Of a stretch of 64,000 nt of DNA, positions 49,874 through 62,075 are shown in pieces. The first letter of the stretch is position 1. Every line of letters begins with the position of its first letter. Position numbers and translations under genes: made by a program. This stretch comes from Octopus sinensis (Eukaryota). The notes under the pieces are model-generated. The model had not been told where the DNA came from. It made no database searches and was given only the letters and a program-made list of their open reading frames with translations. Location: NCBI RefSeq assembly GCF_006345805.1, contig NC_043011.1, forward strand, positions 4,402,001-4,466,000. The letters run 5' to 3'.

Positions 49874-51711
49874 CTGCCTCAATGCAATACCAGGTACTGG
49901 CTCTCATGGCTTCTGATCTTAACTAATTGGAAGTGTTATCTTATACGAGGGACGTTCAATAAGTAATGCTTCTGACCCACTTGCAGTTGTTTGATCTAGC
50001 TGAAATTTTGCATGTGCAATTATTTATATCTCTATAGATTAAGTGGCAAATTACAGCTCTGAACTAATTGTGGTTTCTGATTTACAGAGTCAAGTGTGAA
50101 ATGGAGCCAGTTGAGTGTCGAGCAGTGATCCGGTTTTTGTATTTGAAAGGACGCACACCACGGGAGACTTTTGATGAAATGAAAGTAACTTATGGTGATG
50201 ATGCCCCATCATATGACCTTGTAAAACGCTGGCATCGTGAATTCAAACATGGTCGGAACTCTGTGGAAACAGCTCCCAGATCTGGTCGCCCCCTTCTGCC
50301 ATTGATGAGGCATCTGTCCGTCAAGTTGAGGCTGCCATTTTGGAAGATCGACGCATAATTATTCGCCAAATAGCCCATGAGGTCAAGATTAGTACCGGGT
50401 CTGTGGAAACTATCATTCATGACCATTTGCATATGCAAAAGGTGTCTGCCAGATGGATTCCCAGGCTGCTCACACCTTTCCAGAAGCAAGAACGCGTTGA
50501 GTGCTCGAGGATGAATTTGGAGATGTGCCAAGAAGATGAGTCAAAATTTTTCAGAAGACTGATTACACAGGATGAAACCTGGGTCCATCACTATGATCCA
50601 GAGACCAAAGCCCAGTCAATGCAGTGGAAGCACCGTGACTCACCTCCTCCAAAGAAGGCAAAGGTGCAGCCCTCCGCTGGCAAGGTCATGCTCACAGTCT
50701 TCTGGGACCAGGATGGAGTAGTGATGACAGATTTCCTGGCAAAGGGTACCACAATTACAGGAGTCTATTATGCTTCACTTTTGAAGAAATTAAGAGAAGC
50801 TATCAAAATCAAGAGGCGGGGCAAGATCAGCAAAGGCATCCTCCTCCTGCAGGACAATGCTCCGGTCCACACCTCGCTTGTCGCCAGATCAGAAGCACAG
50901 GCGTGCGGCTATGAACTCCTCCCCCAGCCCCCTATGCTCCTGACCTTGCACCCTCTGATTTTCACCTCTTCCCAGCCATGAAGTTGTTTTTGAAAGGAAA
51001 GCGTTTCCCATATGATGCAGCCTTGATTTCTGAAGTCACGTCGTGGTTGGAGGACCAAACTGGGGTCTTCTACAAAAACGGTCTCCAGAGCTGTATCAAA
51101 CGATGGGAGAAATGCGTAACTCTGGGTGGTTCCTATGTAAAAAAAAAACTAATAACTGTGTCAAGTTTCGTTGCTCTACTGCTATGGGAAGTGGGTCAGG
51201 GGCATTACTTATTGAACGCCCCTCGTACATACATGTTTTGTCTTGCTATCAAAGATGGACTACAGTAAATATTCTGCTCGATACCATAGATTTGTTTGTC
51301 AGTTGCTTCACCTTAATCAGTTGAGCATGTCCCTTAGCGGCTAATGACATGTGCATCTCTGATCATGAGCAGAAGTAGTTGGGGAGCATCGTAGCCATGT
51401 GTTGAGAGGGATTCTTTGGGGTTTGAATAATTCACCTCTGGAAACGTTTGTATTTCATTCAACATCCTTAAACAAACCTTACTCAGGGACCTTTTGAGTG
51501 AGATGAGCAACTCAACCTGAAGAAAATTCTGAGCCCTACCTGCAAGGTCATGCGCTGTTTACTTTAATATGAGATCACCATGTCACACACATATGGTTGT
51601 AATGCATGTGCCTGATGTACCCTTATCAGACAGTTAGTCATGATGGGTATACTGGGTTTCATATATTTGTACCCCAGTGTCACTTTGATGGCATGCATTG
51701 CTCTCTTACTC
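49874..51711 (+). mobile_element. Family C element, full length, interrupted by a mariner transposon
   Basis: Halves 49874-49945 and 51226-51711 rejoin to match copy 793-1348 at gtgttatc...TA|ca...tgttttgtc. Confidence 0.85.
49946..51225 (+). mobile_element. Full-length mariner (DD34D) transposon, 1280 bp
   Basis: TA TSD at 49944-49945 and 51226-51227. 37-bp TIRs (CGAGGG(A/G)CGTTCAATAAGTAATGC..CTGACCCACTT, 3 mismatches). Transposase starts at ATG 50101 with WIPRLL, ITQDETW and QDNA-34 aa-SDF. Confidence 0.98.
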
Positions 51712-51769
51712 AATAATAATAATAATAATGATAATAATAATGTTAATAATAGTTATTGCTAGCATCACT

Positions 51770-52003
51770 ACTACCTATTTCTTTATTACCCACAAGGGGC
51801 TAAACATAAATGGGACAAACAAGGACAGACATAAGTATTAAGTCGATTACATCAACCCCAGTGCGTAACTGGTACTTATTTAATCGACCCCGAAAGGATG
51901 AAAGGTAAAGTTGACCTCGGCGGAATTTGAACTCACAACGTAACGACAGACGAAATACCGCTAAGCATTTCACCCGGCGTGCTAACGTTTCTGCCAGCTC
52001 GTT
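51770..52003 (-). mobile_element. SINE family G
   Basis: Reverse-complement full copy. Confidence 0.88.
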
Positions 52004-52669
52004 GTTGTTAGTCAGTGAATTTACAAAAGCAATAAAGCACTAGAATAAAGGCTTTGTGATATTTAGTTACATCACTTTAGAAGCTGAGTTCAAGTCCTAC
52101 AAGGACTAACTTTGCTTTCAGTCACTCCCTAAGTTTTCAGTAAGGCTGGAATGGCAGTGCCTATGACCCTTTACAGGGCTTTCCAAGATTAATGGGAAGG
52201 AGGCAGGAGAGGGTTCTCAAACAAGAAACTTAGCCTGAATGCAAGCAGCAACATGATGTCAAGTGAAGGCACCCGAGGATCAGATGGCAAATGCAATTTG
52301 AATTCAGAATGCAAAGAGCCAGAACAGATATTGCAAGGTATCATGTTCAACACTAATAATTCTGCCAGTCCACTGTCCCAGACTAATTATTTATTAATCC
52401 TGCAAAAAACCACAAGATGACCTCGGCTAGAAGCTGGAACAAATCCTAAGCATTAAATTTCAAACTAATTCATCACAATAGGTTGATAAAAGAATAAACA
52501 AATCCTGAGCTAAATCAATTAGTTATACTTGCTTGATTCTCTATAAATTTCTCACTTTTTACCAATGGTAGAAATCTTTATTGCTATCTGAGAGCAGTAG
52601 AGAAAATGGTATTTAATTCTTGGCATTTTGCCAACAGTAGGAATCCTTATTTTCTGCAGTGCACTTAAC

Positions 52670-53065
52670 ATCATCATCATCATCATCGTTTAACGTCCAC
52701 TTTCCATGCTAGCATGGGTTGGACGATTCAACTGGGGTCTGGGAAGCCAGAAGGCTGCACCAGGCCAGTCAGATCTGGCAGTGTTTCTACAGCTGGATGC
52801 CCTTCCTAACGCCAACCACTCCGTGAGTGTAGTGGGTGCTTTTTATGTGCCACCGACACAGGTGCCAGACGAGGCTGGTGAACGGCCATGCTCGGATGGT
52901 GTTTTTTATGTGCCACCAACACAGGTGCCAGACGAGGCTGGCGAACGGCCATGCTCGGATGGTGTTTTTTTATGTGCCACGGACACAGGTGCCAGCCTCG
53001 CCTGGCACGGCCACGATTGGATGGTGTTTGTTATGTGCCACCAGCACGGAGGTCAGTCGATGTGG
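52670..53065 (-). mobile_element. RTE 3' UTR fragment with tandem ~60-bp units
   Basis: Two near-identical units gtgccacc(g/a)acacaggtgccagacgaggctgg...ggatggtgttttttat. Confidence 0.85.
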
Positions 53066-54059
53066 TACTGGATGATATTAATTTCATTCCTTATTCCCTG
53101 TGAGCCTGTAAGCTTAAACTCCATGGAAATGATAACATGGTGTATAAAGAAATCATCATCGTCGTCGTTGCTTAACATCCGCTTTCCATGCTGGCATGGG
53201 TTGGACGGTTTACCAGCATGGAAAGCAGATGTTAAACGACGACGATGATGATGATGATGGTTTCTTTATACGTAAACATATAACCCACCATGGGACTTTG
53301 AGTCACATCCATAGCTTGTGCTCTAGTTTGGTGGGTCAAAAGGCAGTAAATCTAGTGGAATCAGTACTTCCCTAAGTTATTGATTATTTGTAATTGGAGA
53401 CTAGAGACTCACCCTAAAATCAAAGTTGTATAATAACCTTAGATTAGAAAGAAATTACAATCCTTTAATGGTGCTCACATACCAGCGATATACTTAATGC
53501 TCTCCTTTACAAAAATTGCCATTGTTATCTTGAAGAAATAGAAGATAAATTTAACCAACCAACAAGAAATGACAAGACCAGAATTTTGGCAGCACCAAGC
53601 ATTAGAAATATCTAAGACATTTGGAATGATTGTCTAGTGCCTGACTCATCTCCTACTTCCATATATAGAACCTTGTCAAATAATAAATATCTCTTATCAT
53701 CCTCATTGTTATTAATTAGCAGTCTTCAACATTAAGACATAAATGACTTTTATACAAAACATTTATTTCATCAACATTATTCGTTGTCTGGCAAAGATCT
53801 TGTGGTATTTTCTGGGGAAATTAAAGAAACTTAAAAACAAAACATATTACTTGAGATTTTACTTTTCTTTCCGTTGTTTATTTGATATTCTTGTGCTTCT
53901 ATTCTTTTCCTTCTCTTTCCATCTCTTTTAATGTCACTCAATCGCAATTTGTTATTTAGTGTGCTTTCTGAAGAGACAGTGTTTTATATTTAAGTACTTG
54001 AATTTTTTAGGACTAAAATTGATCATGTTAGCCACTGTGACTGATTGAGAAAGAAAATA

Positions 54060-54128
54060 ACCATTATTATAATTATTGTCAAAAATAGATATTTATTATT
54101 ATTATTATTACTATTATTATTATTATTA

Positions 54129-54165
<37 letters not shown>

Positions 54166-54188
54166 TATTATTATTATTATCATTATTA

Positions 54189-54224
<36 letters not shown>

Positions 54225-54273
54225 TATTATTATTATTATTATTATTATCATCATTATTATTATTATTATTATT
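54060..54273. repeat. Long imperfect (TTA)n microsatellite at the 3' flank of the R4/Dong-like element
   Basis: Direct reading; it is the source of the poly-L, poly-Y and poly-I ORFs in the track. Confidence 0.95.
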
Positions 54274-55410
54274 ACTTCTCTTTATCACAGGTTTTGTTGG
54301 AGCTCCTGGAGTCTTGCATGCTTAGCGGGCTTGCTACCTGCAGCCTAGGGTACTTTGCTAACCATTTCTTTCAGCTATCTTATACTTTCCTGATTATTCT
54401 GGCCATGCCAAAGAGGCAAACCTTTTGTAACAGTTCTACTGGACATTATTCCAATGTCCTTTATATTCCCTTTGATGCCTTCTGTTACTGTTTCCAAGGA
54501 CCCAACAATAACTGGCACTGTTCACCTTTTTCATTTTCCATAGCCAGGCTATTTCATACTTAAGAAGGTTGCATCTGTCTATCTTTCTGACTTCTTTCTT
54601 GACTATTCATGGGTGAAAGGGGCATGCAACATAAGCTATATAGCATATGTGGTGCACCTTATCCACCACCACTAGGTTCAGTCTGTTATTCTCTAGCACC
54701 TGAGCTGTTTGGATTGTGAAATCCCAGAGAATTTTGGTAGTCTCCGACTCCGCCACTCTCTGCTGTTTGTGCTCATACCATGTCTTGCCTCTCTCTAGCC
54801 CCCACTTTTCGCACAGTTTTCAATGTAGCACTTTCACTACCTGGTCGTGTCGCCACAACTTGTAGCAGTTTTGTGCAACTCTAGGGCATTCGCTTGTGAT
54901 ATGGACAATGACTTCGTCTACTCTATTGCAGATGCAGCACAGCAGAGACACTTGCTCAATCCTAAGATACATCCTCTAGTTTGTGGCCAAAGCTTGGTCT
55001 TGCACTGCCAGTATGATGCTCTCGGTTTCTTTTTTTAGGGTTCTTTTCATCAGCCAATCCCGCCTATTTTTTCCAGCAATTTCTGTTGTGGCTACAGTCC
55101 CTTCTTGCATAATTCTTCTTCATGTCCTTTTTGTACTTCTTCCTTTGTTTTCCCTTTTTTCTTTGCTTTCAATACTCCCTCGTTCCTAACTGTCACTAGC
55201 AAGGTTTCCTTACTTTGGGCTAGGGAGCTCATTAAACTCTCAAGTTCGATACATATGCAGTCTCCCACACTTATCAGTCCCCTTCCTCCATTTGGTGTCT
55301 TCATGTATAAGCGATCAGTGTTTGCATGTGGATAATGGGATCCATGCATCGTTAGGAGCTTTCTTGACTTCCTCTCCATTTCCTTTAGCTCCTCCTCTAT
55401 CCACTTCAGG
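54274..55410 (-). mobile_element. R4/Dong-like non-LTR retrotransposon 3' fragment (post-RT, CCHC, restriction-like endonuclease) in a TAA/TAG repeat
   Basis: RKSRKLLTMHG.HYP..DRLY....GGRGL, AAQDQAL, CCHC region followed by RHDQV, KILWDFTIQT, ELLQKVCLFG.ARIIRKV; both flanks are (TAA)n-type microsatellites. Confidence 0.88.
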
Positions 55411-55417
55411 ATTACTG

Positions 55418-55459
<42 letters not shown>

Positions 55460-55913
55460 TTATTATTATTATTGCACTGGTGAGGCAAAAGTTATTGGCT
55501 GTTAGGCTAAATGACTTGATGCATTTATTTTACGTTGTTTTAGATCTTAAATTCAGCTCTCACTCAGATCAGCTGGGTGAGATAAAGTAAGGGCCAGTCA
55601 AACGCTGAGGTCATTTAAAGTTTGACGCCTTCTTGTTCCAGTAATAGACATCACCTTTATCATCATTATTGTTGTTAAAACAATAGAGAAACAGAAGTAG
55701 CATTGAGGTCAAATCCTTAAAATCCTTAAAAATGTTTTAGCCCGAAGGCCACCGCCATGCTGGGGCACCACCGCTTTTAGCCCGAAATTAAACATTTTTC
55801 CCTAAGAATTTGTCTGTAAATTCCAGGATTCTAGTAAAATGGTAATGGTCTTAGTTGGCAACAATAGCAGTTGGTTCAATAGCAGTGTTTGATAAGCTGA
55901 GTTACTCAGAGAC

Positions 55914-56325
55914 GTCTTTTACTTGTTTCGGTTATTAGACTGTGGCCATGCTGGGGCATCACCTTGAAGAGTTTTTAGTCGAACAAATTGACCCCTGTAC
56001 TTTTTTTTTTAAGCCTGGTACTTATTCTGTCAGTCACTTATGCTGAACCACTAAATTATGGGGATATAAACACACCAACACTGATTTTCAAGTGGTGGTG
56101 GGGGGATAATCACAGACACAAACACACACACACGTACACACACACATACATCCAAACACATGATGGGCTTCTTTCAGTTTCTTTCTGCTAAATCCACTCA
56201 CAAGGCTTTGGTTAACCCAAGGCCATAGTGGAAGACACCTGCCCAAGGTGTCACACAATGGGACTGAACCTAGACCCATGTGTTTGAGAAGCAAGCTTCT
56301 TACCACACAGCCACACCTATGCCTG
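55914..56325 (-). mobile_element. SINE family A, older diverged copy
   Basis: Same layout with many substitutions. Confidence 0.8.
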
Positions 56326-56420
56326 TATAGAATAGATTATTAGGATTTTGTCATTTGCCTGACAGTGAGGAATGGAAAGAAAATGTTTTTGCTACCTGGA
56401 CTGGAGACACCAGTGGCAAG

Positions 56421-56640
56421 TGGAGGCGCAATGGGCCCAGTGGTTAGGGCAGCGGACTCGCGGTCAGAGGATCGCGGTTCTGATTCCCAGACTGGGTGTT
56501 GTGTGTGTTTATTGAGCGTAAACACCTAAAGCTCCACAAGGCTCCAGCAGGGGGTGGTGGTGACCCCTGTTGTACTCTTTCGCTCCAACTTTCTCTCACT
56601 CTTTCTTCCTGTTTCTTGTCCCCAACTTCCTACACAACTG
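56421..56640 (+). mobile_element. SINE family E
   Basis: Head and body match; 3' part diverges. Confidence 0.82.
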
Positions 56641-56966
56641 CTGAGCCTGGATGCACATTCATCCATCCGGCGATGCTCTCGGTGTCAGGGGTTGACCTGC
56701 TTTCTCTTCTGCAGGTCTTACGAATGGCAAAGGACCACGTTTCGGACTTCTCCCACCTTGCGAGCTCTGGGACGAAGACCACTTCGCTCAACAAACAAAC
56801 AAACAAACACCAGTGGCAATAACATAAATTCACTGTCAGATAAAGGGCTAAGAATGAGCGTAGTAGTTATTGTTAGGGGAGAGCTGACATGATGTAGGTG
56901 TGAGAAAAAACAAGTGAGTAGAGACAGCTGGAAACCTGGCAGATCCAAGGAATAGATACTGATATA

Positions 56967-57273
56967 AGGAGCACTCCGCCAGTTACGACGACGAGGGTCC
57001 CAGCTGATACGATCAACGGAACAGCTTGCTTGTGAAATTAACGTGCAAGTGACTGAGCAATCCACAGACACATGTACCCCTAATGTAGCTCTCAGGGACA
57101 GTCAGCACGACAAGGCTGGCCCTTTGAAATACAGGAACAACTCACTTTTGCCAGCTGAGTGGACTGGAGCAACGTGAAATAAAGTGTCTTGCTCAAGGAC
57201 ACAATGCGTCGCTGGGAATTGAACTCACGACCTTACACTCGTGAGCCAAATGCCCTAACCACTAAGCCTTAAC
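56967..57273 (-). mobile_element. tRNA/CORE SINE with a family-F-like head and a different 3' half (family H)
   Basis: Perfect 14-bp TSD tagatactgatata at 56953-56966 and 57274-57287; head and CORE match family F. Confidence 0.85.
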
Positions 57274-58353
57274 TAGATACTGATATAGTAGTATTAGAAA
57301 AGTCAAGGAGGATGCTGTAAGAGTGAAAGCATGTCTGTATCTTTATGTCAAGCATCAAAGTAGCCTTCCTTTGAGTGCGCAATAACTGCACCATCCCAGA
57401 TATGAGAGCAGTATTCTGCTATGGGGCTCACATGAGCTTTGTAGAGGGTTGGAAGTTGTGGAGAGGAGGTTGAAGAATATTCTGGTCCTGAAGAGGAAGA
57501 CTAACCTTGTATACTTTCATACTTACACAGGCAAGCAGCAAACACCTTGAACTGCTTCTAACTAAAGGTTTGTGACCTTGTACCAAGAAATCATTGCTAC
57601 TGTTATTGCTAGCATCATCATCATCATCATCATCATCTCATCACCTTAGGCACATTTTTTTTTTAATTTATGTCTTTAGCATTGATTTATTTATTTACTT
57701 GGAAAAAGAAAAAAGATTTTCTACAATTTTCTTTTTCTTTTTCTTTTTGCAAAAATCAGAAAAAAAAAAACAGAACAAATATTGATTCCTTTCTTTAACA
57801 CAAGATTTACTGGAATTTGGATAGAGGTTGTGTGCTATTCCCTTTTTGTAGCATTTAGTAATGTAAATCTAGTGAGATCACTACATTTGGCAACTAGAAG
57901 CATTCGGTAGTGTGAGATATGGCTCTACCATGTCTGCACTGCTGTCTACTCTGATTTCAACTTGCAGGGAAATTACAAGTGCTAGAGAGATAAAAATCCC
58001 TAATTAATTCAACCTGAGAAAGTAAATTATGAGAACAAGTGAATGCTTCAAAATTCTGCAGTTGAAGCTGGAATTGAAATAGAAAAAAATATATACTTTT
58101 CCCTGCTACTCTTATTGTCTTTCTAACTCATCCCCCTACTCCACCCATGCTCATTACCATTGATTTCTCTTCCCTACAACATGTCTTTCTAACACCTCAT
58201 CTCCTTCGATCTGTCTCCCACTCTGCTTTTGTAATCTCATGAACTTTGTCCACTCCTAGGCTTCACTTTAAGCACTTCCCTGTAACTTGAGTGTACACCC
58301 CATCGTAGCCACTACACAGTCTTTATTTTCTCTCCTTGTTTCTTTCTGTGTTC

Positions 58354-58389
58354 CTTTCTGCAGAAGAGCGTAGGCTCGAAACGTTAAAG
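58354..58389 (+). ncRNA. Minimal type I hammerhead-like motif 1 (A6C deviation)
   Basis: CTTT-CTGCAGA-A-GAGC-GTAG-GCTC-GAA-ACGT-T-AAAG. Confidence 0.55.
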
Positions 58390-58554
58390 ACTTTTTCACT
58401 TCCCAAGCATTAAGCTAATACATCTGTTTGTTGTTTACACCACCTGTCTTCATGTTTTATTTTTTTATGAATTCTCCCTATATAATGTGACCTCGTGTGT
58501 ACCATTGGTGATTTTTTTTCCTCTGTCTTCCCTTCTCTGGATCTTTCCTTCTAT

Positions 58555-58589
58555 GTTTCCGACGAAGCGCTCTGCTCGAAACGTTAAAC
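58555..58589 (+). ncRNA. Minimal type I hammerhead-like motif 2 (U4C, one helix II mismatch)
   Basis: GTTT-CCGACGA-A-GCGC-TCT-GCTC-GAA-ACGT-T-AAAC. Confidence 0.6.
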
Positions 58590-59134
58590 CCTCCTTCTTT
58601 CCTTCTTTCCTGAGCGTCCAATAATACTATATCTGTTCCACATCCTCGCGTTGTTGTGTTTTTTTGTGCTTCCTTGTTTGTATTAACTATATATATATAT
58701 ATGTGTGTGTGTGTATGTTACTGAGGTAAGCCATGTGTTTCCTCTAAAGCAAGACACCTGTTTCTGCCCCACTATTCATAGACTAACCTCTCAACACCTG
58801 GCACAAAAGTCCTTACCCCTCATTTGAGGGATCTTGTCTTGCAGCTCATTCGATGACCTCACTGCTGCTTGTGATCACACCCAATACACTCTATAAGGTG
58901 GTTGGCATGTGGAATGGCATCCTGCCATATAAACCATGCCAGTGCAGAGAGAAGAGCTTGGCACGCATTTCTGATTTTTGACGGCTCCTGTCAGACCGTC
59001 CAACCCATGCCAGCATGGAAGGAGGATGTTAAAGGATGAAGATGACGACAACAGTATTCTACTTGGATGTCATTAAAACAAAAGTAATAATGAAATAAGA
59101 AAGCTATACATGTTAGATGTTGCATTTATGCATT

Positions 59135-59545
59135 AGGCACAGGAGTGGCTCTGTGGTAAGAAGCTTGTTGCTTCCCAACCATATAGTTCCGGGTTCAGTC
59201 CCACTGCATTACACCTTGGGCAAGTGTCTTCTACTATAGCTGACCAAAGCCTTGTGAGTGGATTTGGTAGATGGAAACTGTAAGAAGCCTGTTGTATATA
59301 CATATATATAATGTATATGTATACATGTATGTATTTGTGTGTCTGTGTTTCCCCCACAACCACCACCACCATTGCTTAATAACCAATGTTGGTGTGTTTA
59401 CATCCCCATAAATCAGTGGTTCAGCAGTAGAGATCGATAGAATAGTTATTAAGCTTACAAAGAATAAGTCCTGGGGTTGATTTGTTCAACTAAAGGCAGT
59501 GTTCCAGCATGGCCACAGCCAAGTGACTGAAACCAGTAAAAAAGT
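59135..59545 (+). mobile_element. SINE family A, older diverged copy
   Basis: Head ggcacaggagtggctctgtgg through to a diverged tail. Confidence 0.8.
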
Positions 59546-59579
59546 ACTCTCCCATTTTTGGACACATTTATTTTTAGTG

Positions 59580-59970
59580 TCTGTGTGGTAAGTAGCTTGC
59601 TAACCAACCACATGGTTGCGGGTTCAGTCCCACTGCGTGGCATCTTGGACAAGTGTCTTCTGCTATAGCCCCGGGCCGACCAATGCCTTGTGAATGGATT
59701 TGGTAGACGGAAACTGAAAGAAGCCTGTCGTATATGTATATATATATATATGTGTGTGTGTGTGTTTGTGTGTCTGTGTTTGTCCCCCTAGCATTGCTTG
59801 ACAACCGATGCTGGTGTGTTTATGTCCCCGTTACTTAGCGGTTCAGCAAAAGTGACGATAGAATAAGTACTGGGCTTACAAAAGAATAAGTCCCGGGGTC
59901 GAGTTGCTCGATTAAAGGCGGTGCTCCAGCATGGCCGCAGTTAAATGACTGAAACAAGTAAAAAAGAGTA
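59580..59970 (+). mobile_element. SINE family A
   Basis: Near full length, directly downstream of the older copy. Confidence 0.9.
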
Positions 59971-60395
59971 ACAAATTCCTGTTATAATATCACAAAATGT
60001 AACTGAGCACTGACCCCTTTCAGTGAACTGAACCACATTCAATTGGGTCCACAATTGAATTAATGAGAGAGCATAGAAGTGGGGTCACAAAAAAAAAAAA
60101 TCTCAAAAATATCCACCCTCTCAATGGTTGAATAATTTACCAGATTAGTTGATACCCTGAAGTATTAACCCTCATCCATATTCCTAATTACAATGTTATT
60201 GGTATTTCTAATTATATGTTGTTTTTTTAAACCAGATCTTACAGGTATTATGGTTGTAGCTATTGTTTTTGTAAAACATTTTTGCTTTTCTTAATTTTTT
60301 TTTTTTGCTTTAATGTTGATGGTTTTTGTTGCCTTTCTATTTTTTTTTCTTTTTAAATATATTTTTTACTGATACATCATCATCTTTTCTTCCAG

Positions 60396-60478
60396 GCTGG
60401 AAACCAAGAAGAACAATCGTATTTTGTTCATGGGGAGGGGAAGAACAGGGTCTTATTGGCTCTACAGAATGGGTTGAG
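60396..60478 (+). CDS. NAALADase/GCPII-like internal exon (equivalent to FOLH1 exon 11), 83 bp, phase 1-0; catalytic EE motif
   Basis: Acceptor cttccag| and donor |gtaagt. Encodes [28 protein letters not shown] (family: [28 protein letters not shown]). Confidence 0.96.
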
Positions 60479-61324
60479 GTAAGTACATTTTACTTACACA
60501 CACATACACACTCACACTCACACACACACTTAGGATCTTTTCGGTTTGACATGTGAGAGCAATAAAACACTGCTCCGAAATCAAATCAAAAACATTGAGA
60601 GTAAAGACAACAAATGGAGCCTAAAATAAAGCCCCATCAAACATCATTTACTCAGTCTTGATCACATAGAAAAACAAAACAGTACTTTATAGGTATTACG
60701 ATATATTTACATTCACACATAACAGAAATTGGTTGATAAATTGGCTTATAAATTGTCGTATGAATTTACATAGTAATGCAATAATTAGCGAAGTAAATGA
60801 GTTAATAACAAAATAAACAGACTAGTTTAAATCAGTGTAAGCTGTTTAAAATGACTGAATATATAATACTATGCTCTATTGGACTATATCCGAGTAATAC
60901 ACATTAAAGTTTATTTCTATTTTCCAAATGAAATGATATATTTTAACTGTGTATAACCATCACCCACACAACACGTGTAAGCATGCTCGCCGCATTACGA
61001 TCCAATCAACATCAGACTATTTCCGTCCCCAACCAGCATGCGCAAAAAAAAAGGAAAAAGAAATTAAATAATACCCGGGATCTTTTCGGTTTGAACGGCA
61101 GTTTTTAACATAATTTCTAGGTAACTAAAAAATTTTAAACTTCGTATACTGGTAGAATGTGTTTATGAAACATCTTTTTCTCTTGGCTTTATTGAGAAAA
61201 TTCTATAGTTTCTAAGATATTTGGTCTTTAATTTCTTCAATTTCTGCAATTTCAACCAATCACTGACGTCCGTTGAGGTAAAAAAACATATATATATATA
61301 TATTTATGTATATGTGTGCGTGTA

Positions 61325-61530
61325 TGTGTGTCTGTGTTTGTCCCCCTAGCATTGCTTGACAACCGATGCTGGTGTGTTTATGTCCCCGTCACTTAGCGGT
61401 TCGGCAAAAGAGACCGTTAGAATAAGTACTGGACTTACAAAGAATAAGTCCCGGGGTCGAGTTGCTCGACTAAAGGCAGTGCTCCAGCATGGCCGCAGTC
61501 AAATGACTGAAACAAGTAAAAGAGAGAAAG
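61325..61530 (+). mobile_element. SINE family A, 3' half
   Basis: Runs from the internal microsatellite to the tail. Confidence 0.88.
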
Positions 61531-61728
61531 AGAGATATACTCACTCACTCTCTCTCTCTCTCTTTCTTTCTCTTTCTCTGTCTATCTCTCACTCTTTCTC
61601 TTTCTCTCACATATGTATGTATATGTATCAGTCCTACTGTGTAATTTCTACTATAACCCTTCGTTGACCAAAGTCTTGTGAATGAATTTGGTAGATGGAA
61701 ACTACCATATTTATATAGATATAGATAT

Positions 61729-62038
61729 ATATCACGTGATCACGTGACCGACCAGACCATCAGATGTTGTTACACATCGCTGGTCACAATGCGTTCGCAT
61801 TGTTTTAGCCTTCGAATGACGCCACCCCGCTGGCTAAGCAAGCAGGCCAACAGAAGAAAGAGTGGGAGAATGAGTGGTGAAAGAGTACAGCAGGGATCAC
61901 CACCCCCTGCCGGAGCCTTGTGGAGCTTTTAAGTATTTTCGCTCAATAAACACACACAACGTCCGGTCTGGGAATCGAAACTGCGATCTTGCGACCGCGA
62001 GTCCGCTGCCCTAACCACTGGTCCATTGTGCCTCCACA
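61729..62038 (-). mobile_element. SINE family E with (CACGTGAT)n tail
   Basis: Reverse-complement full copy. Confidence 0.88.
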
Positions 62039-62075
62039 TATATATATATATACACATACACACACATATATATAT

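Larger units (their letters stand above)
7169..60478 (+). other. Partial gene model (4 internal exons, 3 complete introns) of an M28B glutamate carboxypeptidase II / NAALADase-like gene; gene extends beyond both window ends
   Basis: The four exons join in one frame: [126 protein letters not shown]. This is colinear with the FOLH1/NAALAD PA-domain end and catalytic domain. Introns are 7259-35175, 35262-48731 and 48852-60395, all GT-AG. The paralogue cannot be assigned, so no symbol is given. Confidence 0.95.

Noticed and set aside
60532-61280. GGATCTTTTCGGTTTGA repeated at ~60533 and ~61078 as transposon TIRs
   Set aside because: Both are in the same orientation and no inverted partner is in the window; likely two element ends, but they cannot be delimited.
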